Source: Candidatus Hodarchaeum mangrovi | GTDB taxonomy: Archaea > Asgardarchaeota > Heimdallarchaeia > Hodarchaeales > Hodarchaeaceae | Reading direction: 5' to 3' | Assembly: GCA_016839515.1 (NCBI GenBank) | Contig: JAEOUE010000254.1 | Coordinates: 20,932 to 84,931 of the forward strand | Length of the DNA: 64,000 bases | Shown here: positions 30,977 through 41,556 of the stretch, one piece after another | Numbering within the stretch: position 1 is the stretch's first letter | Layout of the letters: every line of letters begins with the position of its first letter | Translations under genes and position numbers: made by a program | Notes under the pieces: model-generated | Told to the model about the DNA's origin: nothing | Database searches by the model: none | What the model saw: only the letters and a program-made list of their open reading frames with translations

Positions 30977-31987
30977 TTATGTTTTCCATTGATATTTAAG
31001 ATTTTTACCTTCAAGAAAACTTAAAATATCAGAGACAATCATTTCAGTTTGGTGTCGGATTACATCTTGAGTATTTCCACCAAAATGAGGCATAACTGTA
31101 ACATTGGGAAGTTTTAAGAAACGGTTATCTGAATCAACTGGTTCATCATCGAAAACATCGAGGCCAGCACCTGCTATCTTCTTTTTTACAAGAGCTTCAT
31201 AAAGAGCATCTTCATCGATGCAAAAGGAACGAGCAAGATTAAAAAAATGCGCTGTTGGCTTCATTAATGCAAACAATTCTTTGGTAATGAGTCCTTCTGT
31301 TTCCTCTATCGGAGGAGTATGAATCGTGATCAGATCAGATTCTTTCATCAACTCTTCTAGCTCAACAGCTTGAGCTAGGGTTTCTTTAACAACTAGATGA
31401 TTTGAATCTATATAAGGGTCATAATAGATTATTTTCGATCCAAAGCCAAGATGTAGACGTTTAGCTACTCTTTGGCCAATTTGGCCAAATCCTATTATCC
31501 CAATTGTCAATCCACCCAATTCAATTCCAATGAATTGGTTATAGAATTCCGCAAATCCGCTTTCATCTAATTCTGATATGTCAAACTCTCCACTTCGCAG
31601 AAATCTATCCAATTGAATAATTTTCCTTGCTTGAGATAGCATCATACCAACTGTTAAATCTGCTACTGCATCAGCATTTCTATGGGGTGTATAAATAACA
31701 GGGATTCTTTTTTCTTCAGCTGCTTCAGCATCAATATTAACAGGAGTTCCTCGAGTTGACGCAATCAATTTTAAATGGGTTTTCTCTATTACCCAAGCAT
31801 CAATTTCATCAGCTTCTGTAATAATGATTTCTATGTTCTCATTATTTAATTTTAAAATTAGTTCTTCATCATCAAAAAATAATTTGCCTGTTTTCCTCCA
31901 ATTTTCATATTGAATATCCAATTGAGGGTGATTTTGGAGTATTCTAAGACCATTCTCATGAAATGGAGCCGTTATTAAAACTTTCAT
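30977..31987 (-). CDS. D-isomer-specific 2-hydroxyacid dehydrogenase (SerA-like)
   Basis: NADAVAD, GFGQIG, NLAR, DVFDDEP, PHFGG. Confidence 0.9.
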   Translation of the reverse strand: MKVLITAPFHENGLRILQNHPQLDIQYENWRKTGKLFFDDEELILKLNNENIEIIITEADEIDAWVIEKTHLKLIASTRGTPVNIDAEAAEEKRIPVIYTPHRNADAVADLTVGMMLSQARKIIQLDRFLRSGEFDISELDESGFAEFYNQFIGIELGGLTIGIIGFGQIGQRVAKRLHLGFGSKIIYYDPYIDSNHLVVKETLAQAVELEELMKESDLITIHTPPIEETEGLITKELFALMKPTAHFFNLARSFCIDEDALYEALVKKKIAGAGLDVFDDEPVDSDNRFLKLPNVTVMPHFGGNTQDVIRHQTEMIVSDILSFLEGKNLKYQWKT

Positions 31988-32013
31988 TCATTGGATCTCC
32001 TAAAATACAGAGT

Positions 32014-33525
32014 TCACTCTTCAGTTCGTGACTCTTGGTAAATCTCTTTCCATCGCGGATATAATGACTCATATTCAGCATTTTCAGCTTCTTGAGGATA
32101 GAAATAAATATGTTCTCTGAAGAACTTGCAAGCTTCCTCCATATCCTTGTACACTCCAAGACCAATCATGCTTGCAATCGCTCCAGCTAGAGCTGCACCC
32201 TCAGGTTCTAATACTCTGATCTCAGAATTAAGAACATTCGATAAAATTTGGGCAAAAGCTTTTGAACGACTTAATCCTCCAACTAAATTAATTTCAGAAG
32301 AAGGAACACCAGTTAGATCGCTGATTTGTTCGTAATTTGCCCTGACAGCATAACTAAGGTTTTCAAGTAAAGCTCGAGCAAAAGAACCAATATTTATAGG
32401 ATTATCAAAAGAATAAGCAATGGGAGTAAATTGATACCCCCCTCCACTAGGAATTAGCAACATTTTCTGAGCTGAGAATATTTGAGGACCTAAATCTGCA
32501 AACACTCCACCTGATCCAGGAGCTTCAGACAAAACAAGCTGTTCAAATTTTTCCCATGGATTATGAACCTCTAGAGGGGATAAAATTGATTCAATAAACC
32601 AATGGTGAATGTCTCCACCTGACCCTGCATTCGATTCAATTACCCAACGATGAAGAGGAAAAGCACCAGTCCATATATTCTGATCTGGATCAATTAAAGG
32701 TTTTTGTACGACAAATTGTAATGGCATTGTTGAACCAGCGACAACACCCATAGAATTAGGATGAATAGCTCCACATCCAATCAAAGAAGCTTGGGTATCT
32801 GCAGCACTCATAATCACGGGTATCTGGCTAGAGAATCCTAACTGTTGGCTAATTTCTGGGTTAATTGAACCAATAACCTCCCCGAATTGTAAAAGTTCAG
32901 GAAGAATCTCATGAGAAAAATTAAATTCTTCCATAATTTTATCAGACCATTTTCTTGCAGTGATATCAAATAATAGTGTTTCAGCTGCTGCAGTATCATC
33001 ACTAGTATATTTTCCAGTTAAACGATAATTTACCCATCCATCTATTGTTAATAGGTGTTTAATCATATTATATTTTTCTTCTTCATTTTCTTTAAACCAG
33101 AGTAATCGTGGTAGTGCGAATAAAAATGGAGCTCCATGGCCAGTTATTCGGAAAAGTTCCTCATTAGTCATGTATTCTTCAACATCAACTTCTAATCCTC
33201 TAGCATCACGATTGGGTCCTGCATATATCTCTTTTCCTTCTTTATTGAGAAATACACACCCATGTCGTTGAGATGTTGCAGAAATTGCCTTTATTTCACG
33301 TGCTTCAACTGATGCATTCTCTAATGCTTGTTGAATACACTTTACAAGAATATTCCAAAATAGATCAGGATTGAATTCGTGACCATAAGGCTCAAGACCT
33401 TCAGGTATCAAATAATGTTGACTCCATGGAATCTTTGAAAATCCTTTAATTTTTCCTATTTCATCAATAATTACCGCTTTTCCTCCACTAGTTCCTGCAT
33501 CAAGCGATAAATAATAAATATTCAT
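32014..33525 (-). CDS. FGGY carbohydrate kinase (LsrK/XylB-like)
   Basis: LDAGTSGGK, TSQRHG, ADTQ, VGGLSRS. Confidence 0.9.
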   Translation of the reverse strand: MNIYYLSLDAGTSGGKAVIIDEIGKIKGFSKIPWSQHYLIPEGLEPYGHEFNPDLFWNILVKCIQQALENASVEAREIKAISATSQRHGCVFLNKEGKEIYAGPNRDARGLEVDVEEYMTNEELFRITGHGAPFLFALPRLLWFKENEEEKYNMIKHLLTIDGWVNYRLTGKYTSDDTAAAETLLFDITARKWSDKIMEEFNFSHEILPELLQFGEVIGSINPEISQQLGFSSQIPVIMSAADTQASLIGCGAIHPNSMGVVAGSTMPLQFVVQKPLIDPDQNIWTGAFPLHRWVIESNAGSGGDIHHWFIESILSPLEVHNPWEKFEQLVLSEAPGSGGVFADLGPQIFSAQKMLLIPSGGGYQFTPIAYSFDNPINIGSFARALLENLSYAVRANYEQISDLTGVPSSEINLVGGLSRSKAFAQILSNVLNSEIRVLEPEGAALAGAIASMIGLGVYKDMEEACKFFREHIYFYPQEAENAEYESLYPRWKEIYQESRTEE

Positions 33526-33534
33526 TCAATTCAC

Positions 33535-34155
33535 CTAATCCCAATCAGGAAAACGACGAAGTTTTCCTTCGAACTGCTTTGCATTTAAATAAAGTTGTAA
33601 ATATTCCTCTAAAGCTCTGGTTTTTATAGCTGCTCTCTGAAAGGATTCCTCACTGACAGAAATCACTCCATGATTTTGGAGTATAAGAACCTGACTGTCC
33701 CAAAGAGCTGTTGCAACTGCTTCACCCAATTCTTTTGATCCACTTCTCTCATATGGAACAATCACCACCTCTGGAACAAGAAAAGCTAATTCCGCAGTAA
33801 AAGGTTGAAATTCAGGTGGATTTTCTAGAATTGAGACCGCTGTTGCTAAAGGAGCATGAGAATGAATAATAAAGCGGAAATCTTCATCTTCTTGATAAAC
33901 ACGGAGATGCATAGGCCATTCTACACTCGGTGAATAGGTAGAATGTTCCTTTACTATTTCACCATGCAGTGTCATTTGAATGAGATCTTTCGGTTCAACT
34001 AAGTCTTTTTTCAATCCTGAAGGAGTTATCCAAAATTTATCAGTTTCTTCAACAGACCGAAAACTTAAGTTTCCCCCTATATCGGTCAAGATCTTTTCTG
34101 AATAAAGCTCCTTCATTGTCTTACATAATGATTGTTTCAATAATTGATCGTCCAA
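33535..34155 (-). CDS. Class II aldolase (FucA-like)
   Basis: GGNLS, ITPSG, PSVEWPMH, HSH, NHG. Confidence 0.9.
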   Translation of the reverse strand: MDDQLLKQSLCKTMKELYSEKILTDIGGNLSFRSVEETDKFWITPSGLKKDLVEPKDLIQMTLHGEIVKEHSTYSPSVEWPMHLRVYQEDEDFRFIIHSHAPLATAVSILENPPEFQPFTAELAFLVPEVVIVPYERSGSKELGEAVATALWDSQVLILQNHGVISVSEESFQRAAIKTRALEEYLQLYLNAKQFEGKLRRFPDWD

Positions 34156-34179
34156 ATGAAAAACCTCTTTTGTAGGTAT

Positions 34180-34527
34180 TCATTTCATCAATTTTTGAAG
34201 TTTTAATAAATCAGGCATACTTCCTTTTACTTTCAACTTTTTAGCAGTATAAGCTTTCATCCCACCTATCTCCCCAGACATGATTCCAACCCATGTTTCA
34301 GAATCAGTGGTGATTTTGACATCTGATTTTTCAGGTTCTCCTTCTTGGATCTCGCTAGGAGTACCATTTTCAATTTTGAAATAATAATGTTTTCCAATAT
34401 CACTGAATTCAAACGACATTACTTTATTCCACTTTCGAAATACTTTTTGAGACTTTTCAGTTAAAAAGTTTTCACGGAGTTTGTTAACGCTATCTACATA
34501 ATCTTCAGTCATTGATTTCACTTCCAA
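34180..34527 (-). CDS. SCP2 sterol/lipid-binding domain protein
   Basis: DVKIT...GGMKAYTAKKLKVKG C-terminal SCP2 pattern. Confidence 0.85.
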   Translation of the reverse strand: MEVKSMTEDYVDSVNKLRENFLTEKSQKVFRKWNKVMSFEFSDIGKHYYFKIENGTPSEIQEGEPEKSDVKITTDSETWVGIMSGEIGGMKAYTAKKLKVKGSMPDLLKLQKLMK

Positions 34528-34696
34528 ATGATTGTTGGGTTAAGAAAGGAATTATTCCTATTAAATATAGATTCTTTGAAAAGGATTGTGTCATAAAAAT
34601 ACAACTTTTAATTTTTACTAAAATCTTCTGTAAAGCGACAAATTATTTATATATTTGGAACAGGTCGAAAAATATTATTTTTATTATATCTGAAAC

Positions 34697-36643
34697 TCAA
34701 GAAGGAGTATCAAGCAGATTGGAATATTCAATTAATCCTAAATCTTGCAAGTGATTTTTATTAGGTAATGAAGTCTCTAAATCCCATTTCAATTTATTAT
34801 AAAAATCACGTATAATCTGATTTTCTTCTTCGACAGTAATACCTTTATTTGGGCCACTAATTGCTGTTTTAAGAAGTCGAGTAGGTAATTTGAATGCTAA
34901 AGGATTAATTCCTTCTCGAATGTTGAACAAATGTTTAAGAGTAAAAATTCTTTCACCAATTATTGCAAGTTCTTTTCCTGAATAGGTTGAACCCAGAGTT
35001 AATTTTAAGAATTCAGCTATTGGGAAATTTCCCGTTACTAAAGAAAATTGACATAACCCCAGTGACGAAGTGAGTTGATTATAAAAATAAAAATTAGAGA
35101 TTTGATCCTTCTTATCTAATTCAGGATACATTTCGTTATATTTAGATAATCCAATCATCAACTCCATAAAAGCAGTATGTCGACCAGGAGCTGGATCTAT
35201 TCGATAGGGTAAAACAAGTGTTTTAGAATAACGGGGATCATGAGCTGGAATTGGTTGATTTTGGATATGCATCGCATATTCTTCTCCCAATTCCTTTTCA
35301 ACTGCTTTTAATCCTTCTGCAAACCGATCCCCAAGGCCTCTACGATGAACTATTAGCTCTAAAAAGGCCAAATAGTTTTGCGGGTGTCCCCAATCTAGGA
35401 TTAAACCTTCTAAATCTTGAGCTGTTAACCGTCCTGTTTCCTGTGCCTCTATAGCATAAGCTATTAATGCACCAGCTGCGATTGTATCCACTCCCTGTCT
35501 ATTACAAAAGTCATTAAGCTGAAAAATTGATCCTAGATCATCATTCAGGAGATTTGATCCCAGCATTGCTAATGTTTCATATTCAGGCTTATGGGTATCT
35601 TCAAAAGTATATCTTTCATCTGAATAACGCATTATTCCTCCACAAGCCATTGGACAGGAATGACATCCATAGCTTTTGATCTGATATTGTATTACATTAT
35701 CTCCAGTTATTTTTATACTATTTTTTAACGGAAAATCCTTATGAGAACCACCCCAATTTTTTACTGGACCATCTCCTGTTTCTACTGCAATAGCCGTTCC
35801 AGCACAAGTTCCCCACTTTCTATACCCCTCTATCACTAGATTAGAAGGACTCATAGAGCCGAAGTTTTTAATCCTGAAGCGTCGAATCCATGGTGCAAAT
35901 ATCGTTGAAGCTTTTAAAGCAGGTTCCATTAATGAACTAATTCCTTTATTTATCCGTTTATTAACCAATTTTCTAAGCTCGGTTAATCCATCTGGGTCAC
36001 TTACTGGTATATCCTTTGTTCCACTAACGACAATAGCTTTCAAATTTTTAGACCCCATGACTGCACCTAAACCACTTCTAGCCGCTATTCGTCCTTTATC
36101 GGTCACAATACCACTAATTAATACTTTATTCTCTCCAGCTAATCCTATAGAAGCAACATGTACCTTTCCATATTGATTCTGCAGTATTTCCTCAGTTTCT
36201 AAACAATCCTTCCCTTTTAAATGAGGTGAGGAAATAATCTCTACTGAATCATCAGTAATACGTAGAATACTTAGCTCTTTAGATTTTCCTTTAATTATAA
36301 GACCATCAAATCCAGATTTTCTTAATTCTGGCCCAAAACGTCCACCACAGTTAGCCTCTCCCCATGTATTAGTCAGTGGAGATTTAGATGCAACAGTAAA
36401 CCGTCCAGAAAAAGGAATTCGTGTTGCACTAAATATTCCTGTAATAAAGCATAAAAAATTATCTGGAGAGAGAGGATCAACTTTAGCAGGCATATTTCTT
36501 AAGAGATAATCAATAACTATGCCATGACCACCTAAAAATTTTAAAAATTTTTCTTCACTAAATCCAATTGACTCTAATGAAACAGATTTATTTGTTAAGT
36601 CAATTATTGCAAGACGATATAATCTAGAATTAGAAATACTCAA
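34697..36643 (-). CDS. aor: Aldehyde:ferredoxin oxidoreductase family (tungstopterin)
   Basis: KSPLT, GLGAVMGSKNLKA, CHSCPMACG, PEYET, HDPR. Confidence 0.92.
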   Translation of the reverse strand: MSISNSRLYRLAIIDLTNKSVSLESIGFSEEKFLKFLGGHGIVIDYLLRNMPAKVDPLSPDNFLCFITGIFSATRIPFSGRFTVASKSPLTNTWGEANCGGRFGPELRKSGFDGLIIKGKSKELSILRITDDSVEIISSPHLKGKDCLETEEILQNQYGKVHVASIGLAGENKVLISGIVTDKGRIAARSGLGAVMGSKNLKAIVVSGTKDIPVSDPDGLTELRKLVNKRINKGISSLMEPALKASTIFAPWIRRFRIKNFGSMSPSNLVIEGYRKWGTCAGTAIAVETGDGPVKNWGGSHKDFPLKNSIKITGDNVIQYQIKSYGCHSCPMACGGIMRYSDERYTFEDTHKPEYETLAMLGSNLLNDDLGSIFQLNDFCNRQGVDTIAAGALIAYAIEAQETGRLTAQDLEGLILDWGHPQNYLAFLELIVHRRGLGDRFAEGLKAVEKELGEEYAMHIQNQPIPAHDPRYSKTLVLPYRIDPAPGRHTAFMELMIGLSKYNEMYPELDKKDQISNFYFYNQLTSSLGLCQFSLVTGNFPIAEFLKLTLGSTYSGKELAIIGERIFTLKHLFNIREGINPLAFKLPTRLLKTAISGPNKGITVEEENQIIRDFYNKLKWDLETSLPNKNHLQDLGLIEYSNLLDTPS

Positions 36644-36694
36644 TTAATTACCATCCATTGAAGATATACAATTCAAATAGCTCTATATTTTTAC

Positions 36695-37534
36695 TCATTT
36701 GAGACCAAAACCCATTTGCATTAATTCCGAAAGCTTAGCGAGGAATCGAGTCGCGGGAGCTCCAAGGGACACCTCCTCATCAAACATCACAGTCATACTG
36801 AGGTATTCGCCAATGTCGACAGGGTTAGCTAGATCTCTTCGCTTCTTAAAGATTCCCCCCAATGCGAACACAACAGGATGCAAACCGATTGGGATGGCCC
36901 ATCCCCCGCCTTTTCCGAACATACCTACTGCTGTGACACCAACAGTACCCATGAGACGCTTCCTTAGAAAAGGATCTGATCTAATTTTCCACCAAAAAGG
37001 CTTCTTCAGGAAGCCTGGTAAGCGAAGAAAGACACTGACTGACTCAGGAATCCCTTCACCAGCTATGAAACGTCCACTGGTTTCTAACCTCTGGACCCGA
37101 CGAATCTCATCATTAATCTGCCTGAAGCTCTTCTCATTCGCCTTCCTCACGATGTATTGAGTAGGAACCTTTTCTGAATTCACCTGCCGCTCGATTATCA
37201 TGCCAACATCAACATCCTCGAAGACAATGAGCTTTATTTTTCCTTTCTTAAAGGCTTGAATTTCTCTATGCTCGCCTATGGCTTGAGCAATACATTTTAT
37301 CACCCAAGCTGTGAAAGAAAGCTTCTCTCCAGTCTTTACTTCATTCTCTATGATAAACTTCCGTGCTTCTGTGACATCAATCTCAACTAGCCCATAGATA
37401 CGGTTTTTCGGTGCTAGGTTGTTAAGAAGGTCTATGGGCCAAGTAGATCTGCGGGTTATTTCTCTGAAAGGAACAGTACTTCCTAATTCTTCGGGTTTCA
37501 TATCTGGGTCCTGCTTTTTTGAACTCATAAACAA
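36695..37534 (-). CDS. Stand-alone 2-oxoacid dehydrogenase E2-like acyltransferase domain with altered active site
   Basis: EIDVT, KLSFTAW and GTVGVTAVG are present. DHxxxDG is replaced by DEEVSLG, and there is no lipoyl domain. Confidence 0.8.
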   Translation of the reverse strand: MFMSSKKQDPDMKPEELGSTVPFREITRRSTWPIDLLNNLAPKNRIYGLVEIDVTEARKFIIENEVKTGEKLSFTAWVIKCIAQAIGEHREIQAFKKGKIKLIVFEDVDVGMIIERQVNSEKVPTQYIVRKANEKSFRQINDEIRRVQRLETSGRFIAGEGIPESVSVFLRLPGFLKKPFWWKIRSDPFLRKRLMGTVGVTAVGMFGKGGGWAIPIGLHPVVFALGGIFKKRRDLANPVDIGEYLSMTVMFDEEVSLGAPATRFLAKLSELMQMGFGLK

Positions 37535-37599
37535 TAAACCTCATTTCCATCCGTTAGAACCAAAATACTAGAGCACTTTGTCCCTGTTGCGTATAGGCA

Positions 37600-37650
37600 T
37601 ATTATATATAAATGTATACTAAATGTACATTAATCGTTCTATATATAAAC
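37600..37650. promoter_or_regulatory. Divergent promoter region with TATA-like boxes and an inverted repeat
   Basis: TATATATAAA occurs twice, flanking AATGTA-N9-TACATT (37611-37631). Confidence 0.4.
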
Positions 37651-37666
37651 CACAGGGTGAATCAAA

Positions 37667-38863
37667 GTGACCAAAAAAAGTGTGATTTCAGGGTTTGTCA
37701 AACCTAGGTTTGAAGCTGTACAGGAAGCCTTCGCTGAGAACTTTGAGCAGCGAAATGAACTAGGGGCAGCCTGTTGTATTTACCACCGAGGAGAAAAAGT
37801 AGTCGACTTATGGGGTGGCATTAGAAACGAAACTACTGGAGAACCATGGGAAGAAGATACCATGGTGATTGTTTGGTCAACTACAAAGGGATTAGCTGGA
37901 TTAGCTATGGCACTTGCTCATTCACGGGGATTATTTGACTTCGATGAATGTGTCTCAAAGTATTGGCCTGAATTTGCTCAAGAGGGTAAAGAGAATATCA
38001 CTATTCGACAGCTACTAGCACATCAAGCGGGACTCTTTGAATTCGATGGACAAGGTGACAAGAACACGATAGCAGACCTTGATCGTCTAGCAGAGAACTT
38101 AGCACGACAAAAACCTGCATGGGAGCCAGGAACGAAGCAGGGATATCACGCTATCAGCCTTGGATACTACCAAAGCGAGCTCTTGCGCCACGTTGACCCC
38201 AATGGCCGTAGCCTAGGGCAGTACTTCCAAGATGAAATTGCTACTCCACTTGGTCTCGACTTCTACATTCGACTTCCTGAAGAAATTCCAAATTCCAGAC
38301 TAGCTACCCTTCGAACTGCCAAGATTGGCCTTTTGGCGATACGAGGTATGCCATTCCGCTTGGTTCTTGCATCGATGTACAAAAATTCTACATTCCGTAG
38401 ATCGCTATTTGGGAGTGACATTTCCTTGGACAAAGAACATATTTATGCTAGGAATTTCGAAGTTCCTTCAGGAGGAGGTGTGGGAACAGCCCGTGCCATT
38501 GCTCATGCATACAGCGTTTTTGCGACCGGTGGAAAGGAACTTGGACTGCGAGAGGATACACTTCAACAATTAATGGCACCCCCCGTTGCTCCATTACAAG
38601 GATCCAGAGATCTAGCCCTAAAAGTGGAGATACCATTCTCTCTCAGTTTCACGAAACCCTCTCCAAAGACCCCCTGGGGTTCTCCTAGCTCATTTGGGAT
38701 GCCAGGAACAGGAGGTTCATTTGGATTTGCGGATCCACAAGCTAAGATAGGATATGGGTATGTCCTCAATGGGATGGGTATGTCACTTACTGATCCAAGA
38801 GACCTCGCTCTACGTACAGCAATGTACCATTCAATTGGCATAACAGATCCGTACTATGAGTGA
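37667..38863 (+). CDS. Serine hydrolase, beta-lactamase class C / EstB-like family
   Basis: SxxK (STTK), LLAHQAGL, WEPG, GYHA; GGGTGA lies 6 nt before the GTG. Confidence 0.9.
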   Translation: MTKKSVISGFVKPRFEAVQEAFAENFEQRNELGAACCIYHRGEKVVDLWGGIRNETTGEPWEEDTMVIVWSTTKGLAGLAMALAHSRGLFDFDECVSKYWPEFAQEGKENITIRQLLAHQAGLFEFDGQGDKNTIADLDRLAENLARQKPAWEPGTKQGYHAISLGYYQSELLRHVDPNGRSLGQYFQDEIATPLGLDFYIRLPEEIPNSRLATLRTAKIGLLAIRGMPFRLVLASMYKNSTFRRSLFGSDISLDKEHIYARNFEVPSGGGVGTARAIAHAYSVFATGGKELGLREDTLQQLMAPPVAPLQGSRDLALKVEIPFSLSFTKPSPKTPWGSPSSFGMPGTGGSFGFADPQAKIGYGYVLNGMGMSLTDPRDLALRTAMYHSIGITDPYYE

Positions 38864-39889
38864 GGAGACAATCCAACACTAGGAACCAAGAGATTCAAAA
38901 CGATACAAATTTTAACAAGTCTGCAAATTCTAATACTTCCTATTGTATTTTGCCTTCACATTTGAATATGAAAACTAACATACTTATAGGTACTTTGTGG
39001 TAGGTTACAGTTTCATTACTGCGTACAGATATTGATTTCGTCTCTACCCAATCGGAACTCTTTTATATTCCTCGTGTTAGGTATCTTGGGATTCTTAATA
39101 GATCCCTAGATTCTGAAAGGATAATTATTGTGGTTAATCAGGATTCAGGGACATATTATAATCTATGATTGTATAATATTGGCGACAGTGCAAGTCATTG
39201 TCCTCCTACGTGGAGATGAAAACCAAGTTTGATTAGCAAAACAGATCTATACCACAGGACCAGCTAGAACATACCTGAAATAGAAAAGGAGCAAACAGAA
39301 TCGTCCCAGAAAAAATCAGTAATAAACAGATTACAACCAGATAATAGAATAGGGCTATAGGGAACAATATAAGTAATTGCAAATTATATAAGTCACTACA
39401 ATACAAGTGATTTAATATTATAGGACAGTGTTACAGTGATTATTAATAAAGAAATTCTAGAGGTTGTTGTTAGCATAAACAACCATCAGGAAGATCTATT
39501 CATTTGCAATATTATTTTTAGTTTTCTACTTCATTGATAGACCATTTTTGCAAAGTGTTGAAGTATTTAAAAGAGATAATTGTTTCCTTTTGAATCGCAC
39601 AAAAGAGAAAAGATTCTCAGCGGTGTGCAAAGCATTAATTTTGTTGACTTCCTGATGGAAGGAATTTTCACCTCTCCCCTATCCTATAGCTATTAAGACG
39701 GTGTGAAACCTATATTTTAAATTATAACCTTTTCCTTTGTTTACAATCGATACTTTAACCTTAATACTATTGTTTTTAATTGCTTATTTGTTATATCACT
39801 ATTTGTGACAATATAACTTAGGATCAAGTATACTCAAGCAGTTAACATCCATTGGAGATATATAGTATAACACCAATGAATCATATATT

Positions 39890-41551
39890 ATGAGTCTTCT
39901 CTATATGAAAGTTCTTGAAAAATCTCCTGACCAGTATGATAAAGAATTTCAAAAATTATTTCCAGAAAGCGCAGAAATATATGAATTAATATTAAAGACA
40001 ATCGGGAAAACGGGAAAAGTGCTGGAGGTTGGGAGTGGAACAGGAAAACTAGCGATTCAATTGAATAAACTTGGATTAGATGTTACTGCTGTCGATACCT
40101 CGAAAGATATGATTGATTTTGCCTTAAAAGAAGTTCAATTAAATAATATAGATGTTAAATTTATTCTGGGAGACTTTACTTCTCATATTATTTATCAGCA
40201 ACTAGAAACAGAAGGACCATTTGATTTTATTATTTCTACCTTTGTCTTATCAGAACTCACACCTCTTAAACAAATACTCTTCCTTAAACAAATATTTAAT
40301 CTCTTATCCCCAAAAGGACAAATTTTTATTGCAGCAGAAACATTTCCGAAGACAAGATTTGCGAAATATTTCTATAAACTAAAAATAGGTATTCTTAATC
40401 AAATTAATATTTTTCGTGAAGGGTATAGTACTTATCCTATCCTTGACTTCAAGAAAAGATTAGAATATTGGTTTCAAGGTGACTTTTTACTGGAAAAAAG
40501 GAATATTCAATTATATAATGGAACAAAAAAAGATTCTGAACCTGAAATTACACCTTTACTTTCTTTAGAAAGTCAACTGGGACGATTTCGATGGTTAAAA
40601 GTATTTTATTGTATTCTTAATGGAGTTTTAACCCGTAAAAGTATTAAACCAGGTTTATATAAAGTCGGGAATCCAAATAACCAATCTCCATTGTTGGTTA
40701 CCTCAAATTACTATTGGACCGCTTCAACAGTCTCTAAAACTTTACAAAACTTTCAAATTGACTGTTATGTACTCGTTGCAGATACCAAAGGAATTAATGT
40801 TTGGTGTGCTGCTGGAGGAGGTCATTTTACCCATCATAGTATTATCGATGCACTCAGACTCTTTGATGTGGATAAATTTCTGACCCATAAAGAAATTGTT
40901 ATTCCTCAACTTGCAGCAACAGGAGTTGATAGAAAAGAAATAACAAAATTCAAATGGGAACCAAAATTTGGACCAATAAGTATTAAAGAAATCCATAATT
41001 ATCTGATTAATGGTCGAAAAAAATATCCTTCCCAATCCAAAATTAGATTTGATATTGTTAACAGAACATTTATGGGAACTCAACATACAATATTTCTATT
41101 AATAATGTATTTTCTCCCAATTTTCTTATTAACTGGATTTCTGGGTTTTTTAGGATTGGATCGATCATTCTTTTGGTTTAATGTGTCGTTTCAAGGTGCT
41201 ATTATTGCATTATCCCAAAGTCAATTTTTTGCTTGGTTTTACCCCCTTTTCAATTATACACGATCCTTTTTCATTAAAGGACTTACTTTTGGAACAATTT
41301 CTAGCGTAGGAATCTTGTTTCTCATGACTGGTTTAAAAACCTCATATAACCTCTCCACCATTATTTTCTGGTTTCTGCTTATAATGCTCCTTGGTCTGCT
41401 CGTAAGTTTGGATTTTGCTGGACAAACACCCTATTCAAATCATTTAGAAGTCGAAGCTGATTTGATATTGTTTCTTTTACCAGCGATTCTCATAATAATC
41501 TTTTTAATAACAATGTTGATATTATTTCCTCCTATTACGCTATTATTTTAA
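39890..41551 (+). CDS. SAM methyltransferase fused to HgcA-like corrinoid-binding and membrane domains
   Basis: N-terminal VLEVGSGTG. Central PGLYKVGNP, LLVTSNY, DTKGINVWCAAGGG, PQLAATG and FGP. About 5 C-terminal TM helices with DFAGQTP. Confidence 0.88.
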   Translation: MSLLYMKVLEKSPDQYDKEFQKLFPESAEIYELILKTIGKTGKVLEVGSGTGKLAIQLNKLGLDVTAVDTSKDMIDFALKEVQLNNIDVKFILGDFTSHIIYQQLETEGPFDFIISTFVLSELTPLKQILFLKQIFNLLSPKGQIFIAAETFPKTRFAKYFYKLKIGILNQINIFREGYSTYPILDFKKRLEYWFQGDFLLEKRNIQLYNGTKKDSEPEITPLLSLESQLGRFRWLKVFYCILNGVLTRKSIKPGLYKVGNPNNQSPLLVTSNYYWTASTVSKTLQNFQIDCYVLVADTKGINVWCAAGGGHFTHHSIIDALRLFDVDKFLTHKEIVIPQLAATGVDRKEITKFKWEPKFGPISIKEIHNYLINGRKKYPSQSKIRFDIVNRTFMGTQHTIFLLIMYFLPIFLLTGFLGFLGLDRSFFWFNVSFQGAIIALSQSQFFAWFYPLFNYTRSFFIKGLTFGTISSVGILFLMTGLKTSYNLSTIIFWFLLIMLLGLLVSLDFAGQTPYSNHLEVEADLILFLLPAILIIIFLITMLILFPPITLLF

Positions 41552-41556
41552 GAAAG

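Noticed and set aside
36699-38841. Longer antisense or alternate-frame ORFs (36699, 38325, 38448, 38563)
   Set aside because: Expected by-product of the higher GC in this islet, and they overlap clear genes.
39890-41551. Calling the gene cdhE/acsC, or a bona fide hgcA
   Set aside because: The TM C-terminus and adjacent HgcB-like gene argue against CdhE. The extra MTase domain and AAGG variant prevent asserting canonical mercury methylation.
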